The notes below the pieces were generated by a model that made no database searches, was not told where the DNA came from, and saw only the letters and a list, made by a program, of their open reading frames with translations. 39,329 nt of DNA from a virus. Its lineage: Duplodnaviria; Caudoviricetes. Positions 36,087-39,329 of this stretch are shown here, piece after piece. Positions within the stretch are counted from its first letter, which is position 1. The number at the start of each line of letters is the position of its first letter. The stretch covers positions 1 to 39,329 of the IMG/VR virus record IMGVR_UViG_3300033489_000027; one strand, written 5' to 3'. The translations under genes and the position numbers were made by a program.

Positions 36087-36355
36087 CTAGGCACCACAAT
36101 CAGCGGCGCTCGTTCGATTCGTGGGGGCTCGGTTGGCGCCGGCATCCCCTCCTTGAGCGTCTCCAGCGCCTTCGCGCGCCTCTTCAGGAGCCGTCGCAGC
36201 CTCCATTGCCGGAACAGCGGCAGGGCACAGATCTTGAGCTCCTCGAGCGTCTGGGCGAGTTGCAGGGTCGTATCTGCGAGCGCGGTACGGAGCCGCTCGT
36301 TCTCCTCGCGTAGGGACGTATTTTGACGGTCGAGAACCATGTTACTCTGTGTCAT
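36083..36355 (-). CDS. hypothetical coiled-coil protein
   Basis: TGATG coupling to terS. Confidence 0.55.
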   Translation of the reverse strand: MTQSNMVLDRQNTSLREENERLRTALADTTLQLAQTLEELKICALPLFRQWRLRRLLKRRAKALETLKEGMPAPTEPPRIERAPLIVVPR

Positions 36356-36735
36356 CAAAATGCCTTTTTGGGTTCGGGTGGTGACTGCTCCTTCTCACGC
36401 ACTCCAGAGATGTTCACGGTGACCGTCAATTTATCTCCATCAGCCCCAGTGATTTCTGTTCGGCCAAGCTTGGGGATGTGAAACTCAGCGAGCCGCAACA
36501 ATAAATCGGCCGCCTTGCCTGGGTCTGATCCAACTCTCAACTTCACCATGTTCCCAGCTTTATCGACCTTGGTAATCTCCTGCCCCTCAGCTGTGGCGCG
36601 AATCCACCCCTCACACTGTGGGGCAAGTCCAGCGAACACTAACCTGAAAACTTCGCGAGCCTCCATAGTGATTTTGTTCGGCGTTCCAATTTGACGCCCG
36701 CCGCGCCGCTCACCTGGTTTCGATCCTCGTGCCAT
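36355..36735 (-). CDS. terS: terminase small subunit
   Basis: GERRGGRQ.GTPNK N-terminal motif and PKL.R.EITGADG C-terminal motif; upstream of terL. Confidence 0.75.
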   Translation of the reverse strand: MARGSKPGERRGGRQIGTPNKITMEAREVFRLVFAGLAPQCEGWIRATAEGQEITKVDKAGNMVKLRVGSDPGKAADLLLRLAEFHIPKLGRTEITGADGDKLTVTVNISGVREKEQSPPEPKKAF

Positions 36736-36763
36736 TGCTCTCAGTGACTACGTTTGCAGCCGG

Positions 36764-36811
36764 TTACTTCCCTTTTCGCCCCTTCTTCCGCTTCCGTCCG
36801 CCACAAGGCAT
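36764..36811 (-). CDS. 15-aa basic peptide MPCGGRKRKKGRKGK
   Basis: GGAGGT Shine-Dalgarno 7 nt before ATG; stop 28 nt before terS. Confidence 0.5.
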   Translation of the reverse strand: MPCGGRKRKKGRKGK

Positions 36812-36872
36812 GTAGTGTACCTCCACCACATCGCCTAGCATATCTGGAGCCAGAAATCAAGAAACGGCCAAT

Positions 36873-36912
36873 TTGATCTAGATCAATTTCCCGAAAACTT
36901 GATCCACATCAA
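36873..36912. promoter_or_regulatory. two TTGAT-N4-ATCAA palindromes (FNR/Anr-type consensus)
   Basis: TTGATCTAGATCAA at 36873-36886 and TTGATCCACATCAA at 36899-36912, in the largest intergenic region. Confidence 0.6.
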
Positions 36913-37220
36913 GAACTCGATTTCGCCCGCGTGGTAGTACTCATTGCGGACAGCGCGAAATCTGAACGCGGCTGTCTGTACCGATCTAACTACTAGCCAA
37001 GGCGCTCAAAAAAGCAGCACAGACGAGGGAGTCTGCTGGGCCCCAGAAACAAAACCGTCCCCCTACTCTCGAAGCCGGCCGCCACGGAGCCGCAGAACGC
37101 CACCAAGCCGATCTTGACTCACAATCAGCCCCCGAGATCACGAGCGCAGCAAGTGATCTATCCTTCTCCTTCTAGTGTCGTTTCCGTGTCGTTGGGTGTT
37201 CGCGCGTGTTCGATTTTGTC

Positions 37221-37249
37221 TTGACACACTTCCGACACGCCGGTATCTT
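37221..37249 (+). promoter_or_regulatory. sigma70-type promoter TTGACA-N17-TATCTT, 6 nt before the initiator ATG
   Basis: Near-consensus boxes with optimal spacer. Confidence 0.7.
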
Positions 37250-37255
37250 GCGCTC

Positions 37256-38122
37256 ATGGCCCACTTCGTCAAACTCTACAGCTCAATTCTCACAAGCACG
37301 ATCTGGCAGAAACGCCCAGATCGAGATCTTTTCATCACGGCGTTGCTACTCGCGCGTCCTCAAGTGTTCGACACGCCGACTCCGCAGCTCGAAGTGGACA
37401 GCCTCAAGGAAACAGGATGGAAGGTTCCACCGGGCCGCTACGGATTCGCTCCTGTTTCCGGCCCTGGTCTCTTTCGGGAGGCCAACATTGTCGATGATGG
37501 GGATGGAAGAGAGGCTCTTCGCCGACTTGGTGAGCCTGAGGGTGAGAGCCGATCCCAGGCGTTCGATGGCCGCCGACTCGTCCGAGTCAATCACGGGTAC
37601 ATAGTCCTCAACTACGCGGAATACCGTGAGTATCGGGACCTCACGAGCGCTGAACGGTCGAAGCGATGGCGCGACAACAAACACCTAGCGAACACCTCCG
37701 AGACACCATGTAACACTGACGAGCGTAACGGGTCGTCACGCGTAACGCCCGTAACACCCAAGCGCCACCCCATGATTGTCGCCCGCGAGCGGAAGGTCGC
37801 CAAAGAGACCGACCCCCGATTCGCCCCCCTCCGCGCGATCTGGGAACAGGAGTGGGTGTCGGCGATCGGGACCCAGTACCGGTGGCTTGGGGCACGCGAC
37901 GCGAAGGCGCTCCACTCCCTCCTCGCGATTCCCGAGCTCGAGTTCCGGGCCCGGGCGAGGAAGGGGATCACGGCCACCGGCTACGCCCGGTGCTCGAGCG
38001 TCTCCCAGCTCGCGAGCAAATGGAACGACCTGGCCATGCCGGTCAACGGCGAGACCAAGAAGCTCGCCTTCGCCCCCGCGTACCCTGACGAGGCGTTCAC
38101 TGGAGGAGAAAGGCCGATATGA
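37256..38122 (+). CDS. phage replication initiator / replisome organizer
   Basis: FVKLYSSIL.STIW...LFIT.LLLA N-terminus, GY.V.NY.EYR...AER..RWR; upstream of DnaC-like gene. Confidence 0.7.
   Translation: MAHFVKLYSSILTSTIWQKRPDRDLFITALLLARPQVFDTPTPQLEVDSLKETGWKVPPGRYGFAPVSGPGLFREANIVDDGDGREALRRLGEPEGESRSQAFDGRRLVRVNHGYIVLNYAEYREYRDLTSAERSKRWRDNKHLANTSETPCNTDERNGSSRVTPVTPKRHPMIVARERKVAKETDPRFAPLRAIWEQEWVSAIGTQYRWLGARDAKALHSLLAIPELEFRARARKGITATGYARCSSVSQLASKWNDLAMPVNGETKKLAFAPAYPDEAFTGGERPI
37709..37756 (+). repeat. cluster of GTAAC/GTCAC pentamers in the initiator linker (candidate origin iterons)
   Basis: Four GTAAC and one GTCAC within 48 bp; lambdoid origins typically lie inside the initiator gene. 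Confidence 0.35.
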
Positions 38123-38398
38123 CTAAGCCGATTACTTGGACGCTGTTTTGCTCTGATTTTGAGGATGTTCCGGGTTGGAGCTGTTGTCTATCCTGCCACA
38201 ACGATGAGTATGATGGGGTAAGCGAAATGTCTGAGGTAGAGCCTCCATCCCCAACAAAAAGGCGGCCCTGCCGCCATGATGATAATCCATACCGATGGGC
38301 TGAGGTGTGTTGTGGTCACGATCAATTTACTCGGTCTGACTTCGCTGCAGCGCTCTGGAATCGCAGGAAAAAAAACAGAGGAGAAAGGCCGATATGAC
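38103..38398 (+). repeat. 21-bp direct repeat GAGGAGAAAGGCCGATATGAC at 38103-38123 and 38378-38398
   Basis: Perfect match; brackets ORF 38119-38397. Confidence 0.9.
38119..38397 (+). CDS. Cys-rich hypothetical protein (replication-module cassette, allele B)
   Basis: CCLSCH...VCC; ATGA overlaps at both ends. Confidence 0.7.
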   Translation: MTKPITWTLFCSDFEDVPGWSCCLSCHNDEYDGVSEMSEVEPPSPTKRRPCRHDDNPYRWAEVCCGHDQFTRSDFAAALWNRRKKNRGERPI

Positions 38399-39095
38399 GC
38401 CCATCCACACCCCAATCCGAGACATCGTCCCGCCGCATATCCGGGCACAGGTTGAGGCGAACAGACTCCGGTACGAGTCCGATCAGGCGTACCGGGACGA
38501 ATGCGACGCGGAGAAGGCTGCTAGTGACGCGGCCTGGGAGGCGACCTTGCGCGCGGAGCGGTCCGGCGCCGTGACGGTCGCAGTAAAAGAGCGCCTCGAG
38601 ACATCCGGGATCCCTGAGCGTGTTTGGCCATTCCTTCGCGAGCACAAAGAGACGGAGGCGCTCGGGGCCGCGTTGTCGCTAGGGGTCGACGGCCGGATCG
38701 TCATGCTGCTCGGCGGCGGAGTCGGGACTGGGAAAACGATCGCGGCGTGCATCGCTGCGTGGCAGGTCCCTGGCTCCGTGCGTTTTGTGCGCGCGATCGA
38801 CCTGGTACGCCACGGAGCATTCGATCCGGAATACTGGGACGACTTGGCCGGGTGCTCGGCGCTGGTGCTCGACGAGCTCGGAGGCGAGCCGCTTGACGAG
38901 AAAGGGTGGGCTTTGTCTTGCGTTATAGATCTAATAGTGAAGCGGTACGACTCGGGGAAGCGGACTTGGATCACCCTCAACCTCCCGATTGAGCCGTTTT
39001 TTGCGCGATATGGTACTGACGGTGAACGACTCCGGGACAAACTCCGGGAGTGCGGCCGGTACGTCGAAGTGAAAGGGAAATCCCTGAGGAGGTAG
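38394..39095 (+). CDS. DnaC/IstB-like AAA+ ATPase, allele B
   Basis: Walker A GGVGTGKT, Walker B LVLDE; ends nearly identical to 782-1498. Confidence 0.85.
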   Translation: MTPIHTPIRDIVPPHIRAQVEANRLRYESDQAYRDECDAEKAASDAAWEATLRAERSGAVTVAVKERLETSGIPERVWPFLREHKETEALGAALSLGVDGRIVMLLGGGVGTGKTIAACIAAWQVPGSVRFVRAIDLVRHGAFDPEYWDDLAGCSALVLDELGGEPLDEKGWALSCVIDLIVKRYDSGKRTWITLNLPIEPFFARYGTDGERLRDKLRECGRYVEVKGKSLRR

Positions 39096-39096
39096 T

Positions 39097-39306
39097 ATGC
39101 GCGAGGTCATCCATATGCAGCCGCGGACCGACTGGCTCCCCGCTCACGCCCTGGCCGGATCAATCTGGCTTGGACCGCTCGGTGAGTCGGTCAGGGTCGA
39201 GGAGGACGGAGCTCTGACGGACCTGCGCGCGGGGACTTGCGGGCGGCCGGAGATAATTTCGCTCCCTTTCGGTCCTTCCGGTGACGAAAACGGCTGCACG
39301 ACCTGA
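39097..39306 (+). CDS. hypothetical protein, allele of 1500-1709
   Basis: 66 of 69 aa identical. Confidence 0.65.
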   Translation: MREVIHMQPRTDWLPAHALAGSIWLGPLGESVRVEEDGALTDLRAGTCGRPEIISLPFGPSGDENGCTT

Positions 39307-39329
39307 CATCCCCGCTACGGAGTGCGACC
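39217..39329 (+). repeat. 113-bp exact copy of 1620-1732
   Basis: Base-by-base identity to the contig end. Confidence 0.9.

Noticed and set aside
36913-37220. ncRNA or tRNA in the large intergenic region
   Set aside because: No cloverleaf or recognisable RNA family by eye; would need an Infernal/Rfam scan

Overview
The window is an apparently complete, circularly permuted, GC-rich dsDNA tailed-phage genome with podovirus-like gene order. The unit is about 38.0 kb, because 1-127 is identical to 37996-38122. The last ~1.2 kb is a second, divergent allele of the replication module, most likely an unrolled strain bubble. The minus-strand late arm (36.8 to 15.1 kb) carries terS, terL, portal, scaffold, major capsid, decoration, adaptor, nozzle, three ejection-type proteins, a tail fibre, three Cys-rich proteins with Sec signal peptides and a lysis cassette. 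The plus-strand early arm (5.2 to 15.0 kb) holds many small accessory genes plus YqaJ exonuclease, RecT and Lar. A short leftward arm (5.1 to 1.6 kb) holds a Cro-like HTH, DUF1643 and a VRR-NUC-like nuclease. A replication initiator and DnaC-like loader span the contig junction. I saw no integrase, partition genes, reverse transcriptase, tRNA or CRISPR array. The most notable signals are: (1) signal-peptide-bearing proteins in the tail module, one sharing a motif with the tail fibre; (2) two perfect FNR-type boxes and a 15-aa basic peptide gene at the head of the late operon; (3) a recurrent 17-bp gene-boundary motif and direct-repeat-flanked gene cassettes; (4) three sigma70-type promoters placed for leaderless translation; (5) a 24-unit two-switch 9-bp coding repeat. 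All product calls come from motif recognition and synteny by eye; no database searches were run.
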